Below are positions 1 through 6,428 of a stretch of 29,468 nt of DNA, one piece after another. Both the position numbers and the translations under genes were made by a program. The notes under the pieces are model-generated. The model made no database searches and was not told the origin of the DNA. It was given only the letters and a program-made list of their open reading frames with translations. Each line of letters begins with the position of its first letter. Within the stretch, counting starts at the first letter, position 1. The stretch is from Woeseiaceae bacterium. GTDB lineage: Bacteria; Pseudomonadota; Gammaproteobacteria; Steroidobacterales; Woeseiaceae. The stretch spans positions 1-29,468 of the forward strand of contig JBFHXQ010000001.1 in assembly GCA_041598895.1 (NCBI GenBank). Direction: 5' to 3'.

Positions 1-1
1 T

Positions 2-133
2 GCGAATGACGGCGGCCTTCGACCAGGCGTTCTGACTATCGCCAGCTTCTTTGCGGGGTTTATCTTCTTGTTCGCGGCGTTCTTCGGGAAATACCCATGG
101 GACAGAAGTACGACAAAAGAGCGGGACAATTAA
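2..133 (+). CDS. 3' end of a small membrane protein, truncated by the window edge (ANDGGLRPGVLTIASFFAGFIFLFAAFFGKYPWDRSTTKERDN*)
   Basis: Hand translation of frame 2 is open from the edge to TAA at 131-133 and contains one strongly hydrophobic stretch (VLTIASFFAGFIFLFAAFF) followed by a charged tail; not in the ORF track because it has no start codon. Confidence 0.4.
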   Translation, partial: ANDGGLRPGVLTIASFFAGFIFLFAAFFGKYPWDRSTTKERDN

Positions 134-136
134 TCC

Positions 137-216
137 GTCCGCTCTTAGCCGGAAGGCGCCTTTCGAAAGACTCAGAATTGAGGCCGTCAGACGTCTGCTA
201 TTGCTCGCAAGCAGCC
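137..216. repeat. Pair of degenerate 24-bp units, G[T]C[CT]GC-N12-arm (GTCCGC TCTTAGCCGGAA GGCGCC at 137-160; GTCTGC TATTGCTCGCAA GCAGCC at 193-216)
   Basis: The second unit is a 6-bp inverted repeat with 1 mismatch and a 12-nt spacer; the first has the same left arm and spacing but a degenerate right arm; a related unit follows the next ORF (697-720). Confidence 0.45.
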
Positions 217-294
217 GGCCAGGATTGCTGCGTTGCAATGCATGCTCCTGACCCAAGCCACATGCTAACCCTCTAACTTCGGATCGGCCTGAAA

Positions 295-696
295 ATGGAC
301 ATTGACCTTCGCGTCCTGCTTGTTGCGATGGTTATGTTGTTCGTCGTTGGTATGGCGATTTTTCTTCTGTGGAAACTGTTTGAACCGAAACGCGAAGGCG
401 AATCGCGGTCACTGATGGGGCTGCTCGTAAAGCCTGCAGCGATAATGGCCGTTGGCGTCAGCTTCATCGGTATTTGCATGATTTTTCCGCAGGTCCTGGT
501 TTGGACATTCGGCGCATTGGCAGTCATTGCAGTCATCTCGTTTTTTCGGATGCCGGCGTCACAGAAACGAGCTATCGGCGAAGCGGTTGGCCAACCAGAC
601 CCATCGTCGACATGGTCTACAGCCAGATTCGTCCTTGCCGTCTTTGTTGTGTTTGCAGCTGTCGTCGGATTACTCGCCTATTTTGTTCCGCAGTAG
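295..696 (+). CDS. Hypothetical integral membrane protein, about 4 TM helices, 133 aa
   Basis: ATG-TAG ORF with four long hydrophobic segments; lower GC than the rest of the window; no recognisable family motif. Confidence 0.65.
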   Translation: MDIDLRVLLVAMVMLFVVGMAIFLLWKLFEPKREGESRSLMGLLVKPAAIMAVGVSFIGICMIFPQVLVWTFGALAVIAVISFFRMPASQKRAIGEAVGQPDPSSTWSTARFVLAVFVVFAAVVGLLAYFVPQ

Positions 697-782
697 GACC
701 GCTTCTAGCCGAAAGTCGTTGCCATCGATTCCTCGGCGGCACGAGCCAGTCTGGTAGTCAATTAACGGCTCGACGCGGACAT
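697..782. repeat. Third degenerate unit (GACCGC TTCTAGCCGAAA GTCGTT, 697-720) and an isolated GCGGACAT right arm (775-782)
   Basis: CCGCTTCTAGCCGAAAG (699-715) closely resembles CCGCTCTTAGCCGGAAG (139-155); both start within 0-3 nt of a stop codon. Confidence 0.45.
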
Positions 783-879
783 CGTTGATGTTCTTGTATA
801 AAATCAACCAAAAGTCAGGTAACTATAAGCAGCCCCCGTCAAATGAAGTTGAATACGCCAAAAGAATAAAGGTGCCGAT

Positions 880-1272
880 ATGAGAATTTCGCTGTCCAGT
901 GTGTCAGTCTCGGATCAGGACCACGCATTGGAGTTCTACACTCAGAAATTGGGTTTCAACAAGAAAAAAGACATACCGCTGGGAGACGCCCGCTGGTTGA
1001 CGGTGACGTCACCGGAAGATGCGGACGGCCCCGAGTTGCTGCTGGAGCCGAACGCCGACTACCCTGCGATGAAGGCGCTGAAGGATGCATTGGTCAAAGA
1101 CGGCATACCGTTCACGGCGTTCGAGGTTGACGACGTCAACGCGGAGTACCGTCGCCTCAGCGAATTGGGGGTCAGGTTCACGCAGGAGCCCACCGACTTT
1201 CAAGGGGTAACGTTTGCGGTATTCGACGATACCTGCGGTAACCTGATTCAAATCTATCAGGAAGCCGATTAA
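880..1272 (+). CDS. VOC family protein (glyoxalase/bleomycin resistance-like), 130 aa
   Basis: Typical VOC pattern: VSDQDHALEFYTQKLGF ... RWLTV ... AFEVDDVNAEYRRL ... GVRF ... AVFDDTCGNLIQIYQ. Confidence 0.92.
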   Translation: MRISLSSVSVSDQDHALEFYTQKLGFNKKKDIPLGDARWLTVTSPEDADGPELLLEPNADYPAMKALKDALVKDGIPFTAFEVDDVNAEYRRLSELGVRFTQEPTDFQGVTFAVFDDTCGNLIQIYQEAD

Positions 1273-1286
1273 TCGGAGAGCAGACG

Positions 1287-1332
1287 GGTTGAACCGATTT
1301 TTGAACTACTAAAATCGGTTCGATCGCTTTTT
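1287..1332 (+). terminator. Probable intrinsic terminator between the convergent VOC and Rieske genes
   Basis: Perfect 11-bp stem GAACCGATTTT (1291-1301) / AAAATCGGTTC (1311-1321) with a 9-nt loop, extendable by wobble pairs, then TTTTT at 1328-1332. Confidence 0.6.
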
Positions 1333-1336
1333 CCCT

Positions 1337-2428
1337 CTAACCGGCTAGCGCCTCTTCGAGCTCCTGTGCGAGCTCGCCGGGTTCCGGCAGATTGCTCAGG
1401 TAATGCTTGCCGTTGACCTGCTCCTGAAATTCTTTCGCCTTTCTGCGCGGATTGTAGAACTGCTTGTACCAGATGCGGCCGCGGCGGAAGCTGCGCTCGA
1501 CCGGCAGCGCCATGATACTGAGTGCGGGCCGCTTGTTGCTCCAGATGTCGAAATCCTGTGCGAATGCCGCCAGCGCGCCTTCCTGGGCCAGTTTGGCATT
1601 TGCGATGTCTTCCTCTGTCGGCGGAGTGTTCGGTGCAAGTGCCAGGTTGTTGTGCCAGGCCTTGACGAGCCCGTCCTCGATCGGCGTATGAAAAATAAAT
1701 TCATAACCGTTCGCCTCCCCGAAGCGCTGCCGTGAAATCAGCATGCCCGGACCTGTGTACCAGGTCGACGTCGTCAGGTACGCGTTGTACATGCGATGGA
1801 AGCCGCCCTGGCGCTGGTAATACACGTGTCCATCGTATTCGTTCTCGAAGTATTCGCACGGCGCGCCGTGGGTCGGTCCGAGGTGGTGGGCATCGGCCAT
1901 GTTGTCGATGATTTCCTGCGGGTGAATCGGTATCTCGCCGAGATGGTCGTAGCTGCCGTTAACCCACTGGGGGTCGTCCCAGGCATCGAGATCCGGCGCG
2001 GCGTACTCGGGCTCGCCGTCCTCGGGATCGTGCCACATCAAGATCGCGCCGAGCTGCTCGACCACGTTATACGAGCGAAGCTTCGCGCCTTTCGGGCACG
2101 GTCCGTCGAAGTACGGTATGTCATCGCAGCGGCCATCCGGTGCGTAGCGCCAGCCATGATACGGACAGCGGATCGAGTCGCCTTCGATCTGCTCATTGTT
2201 CAGCACGATCGATGCGCTCGGACTCGCCGCAAGGTGCGTGCCCATGTGCGCGCAGTACGCGTCGAGCAACACGACCTTGCCGCTCTCGCCGCGATACAGC
2301 GCCATGTCCTTGCCGAAAAAGCGCACGGGAAGCGGGCCGTTATCGAGTTCCTTCGCCTCTGCGATCATGAACCAGCCTCTCGGGAACATGAACTCGCCGA
2401 GATCGAAGTCTTCTGCTTTTGCCTTCAA
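1337..2428 (-). CDS. kshA: Rieske non-heme iron monooxygenase, 3-ketosteroid 9-alpha-hydroxylase oxygenase (KshA)-like, 363 aa
   Basis: Rieske ligands CAH...CPYH; mononuclear Fe motif DNMADAHHLGPTH; FAQDFDIWSNK and WYKQFY match KshA C-terminal motifs; FPRGWF N-terminus. Start moved to TTG 2428, which has GGAGGA 8 nt upstream. Confidence 0.8.
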   Translation of the reverse strand: MKAKAEDFDLGEFMFPRGWFMIAEAKELDNGPLPVRFFGKDMALYRGESGKVVLLDAYCAHMGTHLAASPSASIVLNNEQIEGDSIRCPYHGWRYAPDGRCDDIPYFDGPCPKGAKLRSYNVVEQLGAILMWHDPEDGEPEYAAPDLDAWDDPQWVNGSYDHLGEIPIHPQEIIDNMADAHHLGPTHGAPCEYFENEYDGHVYYQRQGGFHRMYNAYLTTSTWYTGPGMLISRQRFGEANGYEFIFHTPIEDGLVKAWHNNLALAPNTPPTEEDIANAKLAQEGALAAFAQDFDIWSNKRPALSIMALPVERSFRRGRIWYKQFYNPRRKAKEFQEQVNGKHYLSNLPEPGELAQELEEALAG

Positions 2429-2486
2429 GGTTTGAGTCCTCCAGCGTGTGCACTCGCTGCGCGGCGGGCATCGTCGCACAGTGTCA

Positions 2487-3188
2487 TCATCGGTCGCCGA
2501 CGTCGCGCGCGCGTGCCGCTATACCGTCAACCGTGTAGTTGACGAAGTACCTGAAATTCGTGTCAAGATCGAAGTCGTCATCATCGAGGCTCAGCGCACT
2601 GAGCGTCGGCAGCTCCTCGGTACCGGTTTCGAGCTTTTCTGCGAGGCGCGCATACGTCGGAGTCGAACCACCCGCAATTTCCGCACGCGTCTGCAGTTCC
2701 TGGTGCACGTAGCCGACGACGTTGTTGACGAGGAAGGCGTGCGCGCGCGCCGCTTCGCGCGGGCTGAAGCCGAACTCGACGAGTATTTTGGTTGCTTTTT
2801 CGAGGCGCTCGAAATCGGGGTCGAGTGCGGCCTGCGCGTATTGCAGCAGCTCGGGATTGTCGAGGAACGCGCCGCGGTAGAAGCCGGCCAGTTCGACGAG
2901 CCAGTCCCGCCAGGACAGACCGGCCGGCGACGGCATGTCGCCGACGCGCTCGGAGAGATAGGACGCGTAAATGCGCCGCAGGCCGTCGAGCCCGCCCGTG
3001 TGGCGATAGAGCGTCGTCACGTTGACGTCGAGCTCGCCGGCCACGGCGTGCATGCTCACCTCGCCGCTTTTGCCAACCCGACGCACCGCCTGCTCGATCA
3101 GCTCCCCGTTGATAGACGGCGTGCGCCCGCGTCGCGACGTGCGGCCGACGTGGGCCGTCGACGCTGCCGATTGTCTGCTCTTCGCCAT
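2487..3188 (-). CDS. TetR/AcrR family transcriptional regulator with TetR_C-type ligand domain, 233 aa
   Basis: HTH VSMHAVAGELDVNVTTLYRH; C-terminal WRDWLVELAGFYRGAFLDNP...GFSPREAARAHAFLVNNVVG pattern; start set at ATG 3188, downstream of the palindrome and -10 box. Confidence 0.88.
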   Translation of the reverse strand: MAKSRQSAASTAHVGRTSRRGRTPSINGELIEQAVRRVGKSGEVSMHAVAGELDVNVTTLYRHTGGLDGLRRIYASYLSERVGDMPSPAGLSWRDWLVELAGFYRGAFLDNPELLQYAQAALDPDFERLEKATKILVEFGFSPREAARAHAFLVNNVVGYVHQELQTRAEIAGGSTPTYARLAEKLETGTEELPTLSALSLDDDDFDLDTNFRYFVNYTVDGIAARARDVGDR

Positions 3189-3206
3189 CGGCGAGACCTG
3201 CGTGAA

Positions 3207-3235
3207 CCAATTTTGCATTATAAATGCAAAATTGG
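3207..3235. promoter_or_regulatory. Operator palindrome 1 (CCAATTTTGCATT-ATA-AATGCAAAATTGG) overlapping a minus-strand TATAAT for tetR-kshA
   Basis: Perfect 13-bp inverted repeat; ATTATA at 3217-3222 is TATAAT on the minus strand; 19 nt upstream of the tetR start. Confidence 0.85.
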
Positions 3236-3258
3236 CGGTCGAACAGGTTCGTGCCGGA

Positions 3259-4287
3259 TCAGGGGCTGTCCGTTGCATCGGTCTGCCAGAAATCGGGGAC
3301 GCCTGGATCGGAGCGTTTGATGAAGCGCTGCAGGAAGCGGATGACGTCCGCAATTTCCGTCTCCGGGAAATCGGCGAGCAGCTGTTCCTCGATTGCTTTC
3401 GATCGCGCAAGCAGCGAGAGGTACAGCTCGCGCCCCTTGACCGTGATCGCGTACTGCATGCCGTCGTGCGTTTCGGTCACGAGACCTTTGCCGATCATCG
3501 CATGCAGCGTCCCGTGATCCGGTGCGCGTCCCGTATGCTCGAGACGCACCTGCAGTGCCTGCAGCGACATCGGCCCGCCAAGGCCGAGCAACGTCAGCGT
3601 CAGATATTCGCTCTCATCGATATCCGCGCTCGCCCACGCATCGCGCAGCGGTGCGGATGCCTGAAAATGGGCCCGCGCAATCAGGTAGAGAAAGAAGTTT
3701 TCGGTGAACGTCCCGTGCGCAACATCGACGCCGGCGCCCGGCTTTTCACCTTTGCCCTTACTCTTCGCCAATGCGTAGCTACCACCGTGAAAAACCAGCG
3801 GCGGCTCGTCGGTCTTCTCGTAGTCCAGGACCTGGCCCACGAAGATCAGGTGATCACCGCCCTCGTAGGTGTGCGTCGTCCGGCACTGAAAGCGAGCGGC
3901 ATACGCCGGCAGCAGCGGAACGTTGCCGACGCCGCGCGTCCACTCCTGACCCGCGAACTTGTCGCTGCCCGCACTTGCAAAGCGCGCGGACAGCGCCTCC
4001 TGCGACGCGCCGAGGACGTGCACACAGAAATGGCCCGACTCCCGAAACGCGGCCATCGACCGGGCACTCTTCGCGAGGGACCAGAGCACTAGCGGCGGGT
4101 CCAGCGACACCGAATTGAAGCTCGATGCCGTTACGCCCACCGGTTCTCCATCGGCGTCCAGCGTCGTAATGACCGTGACGCCCGTGGCAAACTGGCCGAG
4201 CGCCTGGCGAAAATCATGGGCATCTCGGGCGTTGATCGGGGCCTCCGGGGCGGCTTCGCTGAGGGGAGCAGCAAAGCTCACCCTCAT
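3259..4287 (-). CDS. Flavin reductase (HpaC/HsaB-like) fused to a C-terminal MarR-like winged-helix domain, 342 aa
   Basis: FRQALGQFATGVTVIT, TASSFNSVSLDPPLVLWS, EGGDHLIFVG and PPLVFHGGSY flavin-reductase motifs; the last 150 aa (3259-3708) are MarR-like (YLIARAH...KGLV...YAITVKGRELY). Start set at ATG 4287. Confidence 0.88.
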   Translation of the reverse strand: MRVSFAAPLSEAAPEAPINARDAHDFRQALGQFATGVTVITTLDADGEPVGVTASSFNSVSLDPPLVLWSLAKSARSMAAFRESGHFCVHVLGASQEALSARFASAGSDKFAGQEWTRGVGNVPLLPAYAARFQCRTTHTYEGGDHLIFVGQVLDYEKTDEPPLVFHGGSYALAKSKGKGEKPGAGVDVAHGTFTENFFLYLIARAHFQASAPLRDAWASADIDESEYLTLTLLGLGGPMSLQALQVRLEHTGRAPDHGTLHAMIGKGLVTETHDGMQYAITVKGRELYLSLLARSKAIEEQLLADFPETEIADVIRFLQRFIKRSDPGVPDFWQTDATDSP

Positions 4288-4388
4288 CGAAAAAACCGTG
4301 AATTTGATACGAATTAGGCTAGTTAGTTTGATATTATAGCCGATTATATACAATTTCTAGCTATTATTTTACGAATTTGGGAAAAAAC
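4288..4388. promoter_or_regulatory. AT-rich divergent promoter region
   Basis: About 29% GC by hand count; TTTGATA direct repeat (4303-4309 and 4328-4334); imperfect inverted repeat GGCTA(4317-4321)-N15-TAGCC(4337-4341). Confidence 0.55.
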
Positions 4389-5150
4389 GTGAGCGACCTT
4401 TCGAATCGCACAATCGTCGTCACCGGCGGCAGCCGCGGCCTGGGCCGCGGCATCGCGGAGGGTTTCCTCGCGGCCGGCGCCGCGGTCATCGTCTGCGGCC
4501 GAACCGAGCCCGACACCCTGCCGAGCGCCGGAAACGCATCCGCGCTGTTCGTCAAAGCCGACGTCCGGGATGCCGCCGACAGCCAGGCGCTGATCGATCA
4601 CGCGGTAAAGGCGACCGGCCGCCTCGACGTATTGGTGAACAATGCCGGCGGCAGTCCGGAGGTAGCGGCAGAAGACGCGTCACCCCGATTTACCGACGCG
4701 ATCATTCGCCTGAACCTGACGGCGCCCGCGGTGCTCAGTCAGCAGGCGTACGCGGCGCTGCGGGACAGCGGCGGCGGGTCGATCATCAACATCGCGAGCG
4801 TATCGGCGATTCGCCCGTCACCCGGCACGGCGGCCTACGGCGCGGCGAAAGCGGGACTCGTCAACCTGACTCGCTCCCTGGCACAGGAGTGGGCTCCCGA
4901 GGTGCGCGTCAACGTCATCATCGCCGGCCTGGCACGCACCGAGGCTGCCGGCGCTCACTACGGCGGCGAAGAGGGCATCCGCAATATTGAAAAGCGCATG
5001 CCGATGCGGCGCATGGCCACGCCGGGCGACATTGCCCGCGCGTGTCTGTACCTCGCGTCCGCCGAAGCCGCGTACGTGTCCGGCGCAACGCTCGAGGTAC
5101 ATGGCGGCGGCGAACCGCCCGCATTTCTCAGTCTGCAACACGATGCCTGA
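4389..5150 (+). CDS. Classical SDR oxidoreductase resembling the mycobacterial Rv3549c-type steroid-cluster SDR, about 253 aa
   Basis: TGGSRGLG, NNAGGSP, RPSPGTAAYGAAK, EWAPEVRVN and YVSGATLEVHGGGEPP match my recollection of Rv3549c. GTG 4389 preferred over TTG 4377. Confidence 0.88.
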   Translation: MSDLSNRTIVVTGGSRGLGRGIAEGFLAAGAAVIVCGRTEPDTLPSAGNASALFVKADVRDAADSQALIDHAVKATGRLDVLVNNAGGSPEVAAEDASPRFTDAIIRLNLTAPAVLSQQAYAALRDSGGGSIINIASVSAIRPSPGTAAYGAAKAGLVNLTRSLAQEWAPEVRVNVIIAGLARTEAAGAHYGGEEGIRNIEKRMPMRRMATPGDIARACLYLASAEAAYVSGATLEVHGGGEPPAFLSLQHDA

Positions 5151-5598
5151 CGCCGAGGCACCGGATCGCACGCGCATCCCCGACGGGTTCGAGCGGGTTA
5201 CGACGCACTCGGGATTCGGCCGCTACGTCGGCCCGTATCACATGGCCAGCGTGTCCGACGACGATGGCCATGTCGAATACTGGACGGGCCTCAAAGTCGA
5301 TGAGCGGCATGCTGGGCGCAACAGGGGCGAATACGGCCACGGCGGCATTCTTATGGTGCTGCTCGACGAAGTCATGGGCCGTGCAGCATCGCGATCGGTC
5401 GGCAAGGTATGCGTCACGGTGTCGATGCAGACGAATTTCTGCGCGCCGTTTTTCGACGGCGACTTCCTGCGCGCGACTGCCGACGTGCAGCGCAAGGGCC
5501 GCAGCCTGGTGTTCGTCGACGGCAAAGTGCTGTGCGGCGATTCACTGATCGGCACGGCGTCCGGCGTATGGATGAACAGCGGCCAGCCGCTGCCCTAG
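5143..5598 (+). CDS. PaaI-family hotdog thioesterase, 151 aa
   Basis: HGGILMVLLDEVMG motif and VTVSMQTNFCAP...RKGRSLVFVDG; ATG 5143 overlaps the SDR stop (ATGCCTGA), suggesting translational coupling. Confidence 0.85.
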   Translation: MPDAEAPDRTRIPDGFERVTTHSGFGRYVGPYHMASVSDDDGHVEYWTGLKVDERHAGRNRGEYGHGGILMVLLDEVMGRAASRSVGKVCVTVSMQTNFCAPFFDGDFLRATADVQRKGRSLVFVDGKVLCGDSLIGTASGVWMNSGQPLP

Positions 5599-5645
5599 AT
5601 CCCGGGAAAAATTTCGAATCGTCGCACGCGTCCGGGTGGGTCTCG

Positions 5646-6428
5646 CTACTTGAGCACCGCGGGCACGTGCAGTTCCGCGAGCTTGCCGCCGTCTACCGGC
5701 AGCTCGGCGCCCGTTATGAAACTCGCCTCGTCGCTCGCGAGAAAGAGTATCGCGGCGGCGAGCTCTTCGGGGCGGCCGCTGCGCTGCATCGGAATCGCCG
5801 CCTCGAGCGTCGCTAGGATTTCGGCATCGCCCTGCGCCGCTGCCTGATTGGCCGGCGTGTCGACAGACCCCGGGATCACCGTGTTGATGCGCACGTTATG
5901 GGCCGCCGCTTCCATTGCAGCGCAGCTCGTGAATCGGGTCAGCGCCGCCTTCGCGGCCGAATAGCCTGCAACGCCCTTCGCGGCGCGCGAGCCGCAGGAC
6001 GACGACACGTTCACGATTGCACCATTGCCTTGTTTGATCATGATCTTCATCGCCTCGCGCGTGCCGACGAACGTCGCATCCGCCGTGACCGAAAAATTCT
6101 TGCGCCAGTTGTCGACGCTCATCGTGGCGATCGGTCCGTGGCGCGTGACGGCCGCGTTGTTGACGAGCACGTCCAGGCGGCCATGCGTATCGGCCGTATC
6201 GTTGATCAGCCTGGCGAACGCGTCGAGATCCGTCAGGTCGATCTGCTGCGCCGTCACCTCACCGCCCTTTGCGCGTATCGCATCGCAGGCTTCTTCGAGC
6301 TTTTCCCGGCCGCGCGCGCAAATGACGACGTGAGCCCCCTCTCGTGCGAATGCTTCGGCCGCGGCCCGCCCGATGCCGTAGCTGCTACCTGTGACGATAA
6401 CGACCCTGCCTTCAAATCGTTTGTTCAT
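5646..6428 (-). CDS. Classical SDR oxidoreductase, 260 aa
   Basis: TGSSYGIG, LVNNAA, YSAAK and FITGAELPVDGG motifs; ATGA overlap with the stop of the upstream kstD-like gene. Confidence 0.92.
   Translation of the reverse strand: MNKRFEGRVVIVTGSSYGIGRAAAEAFAREGAHVVICARGREKLEEACDAIRAKGGEVTAQQIDLTDLDAFARLINDTADTHGRLDVLVNNAAVTRHGPIATMSVDNWRKNFSVTADATFVGTREAMKIMIKQGNGAIVNVSSSCGSRAAKGVAGYSAAKAALTRFTSCAAMEAAAHNVRINTVIPGSVDTPANQAAAQGDAEILATLEAAIPMQRSGRPEELAAAILFLASDEASFITGAELPVDGGKLAELHVPAVLK

Noticed and set aside
3189-3410. Longer N-termini given by the ORF track for TetR, KshA, flavin reductase, ACAD (10544) and DUF35 (10462)
   Set aside because: They run through promoters, operators or neighbouring genes; homology and RBS evidence support shorter starts.
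5143-5598. Hotdog protein as the missing MaoC hydratase
   Set aside because: It has the PaaI HGG...D thioesterase motif and lacks the GDxNPxH hydratase motif.
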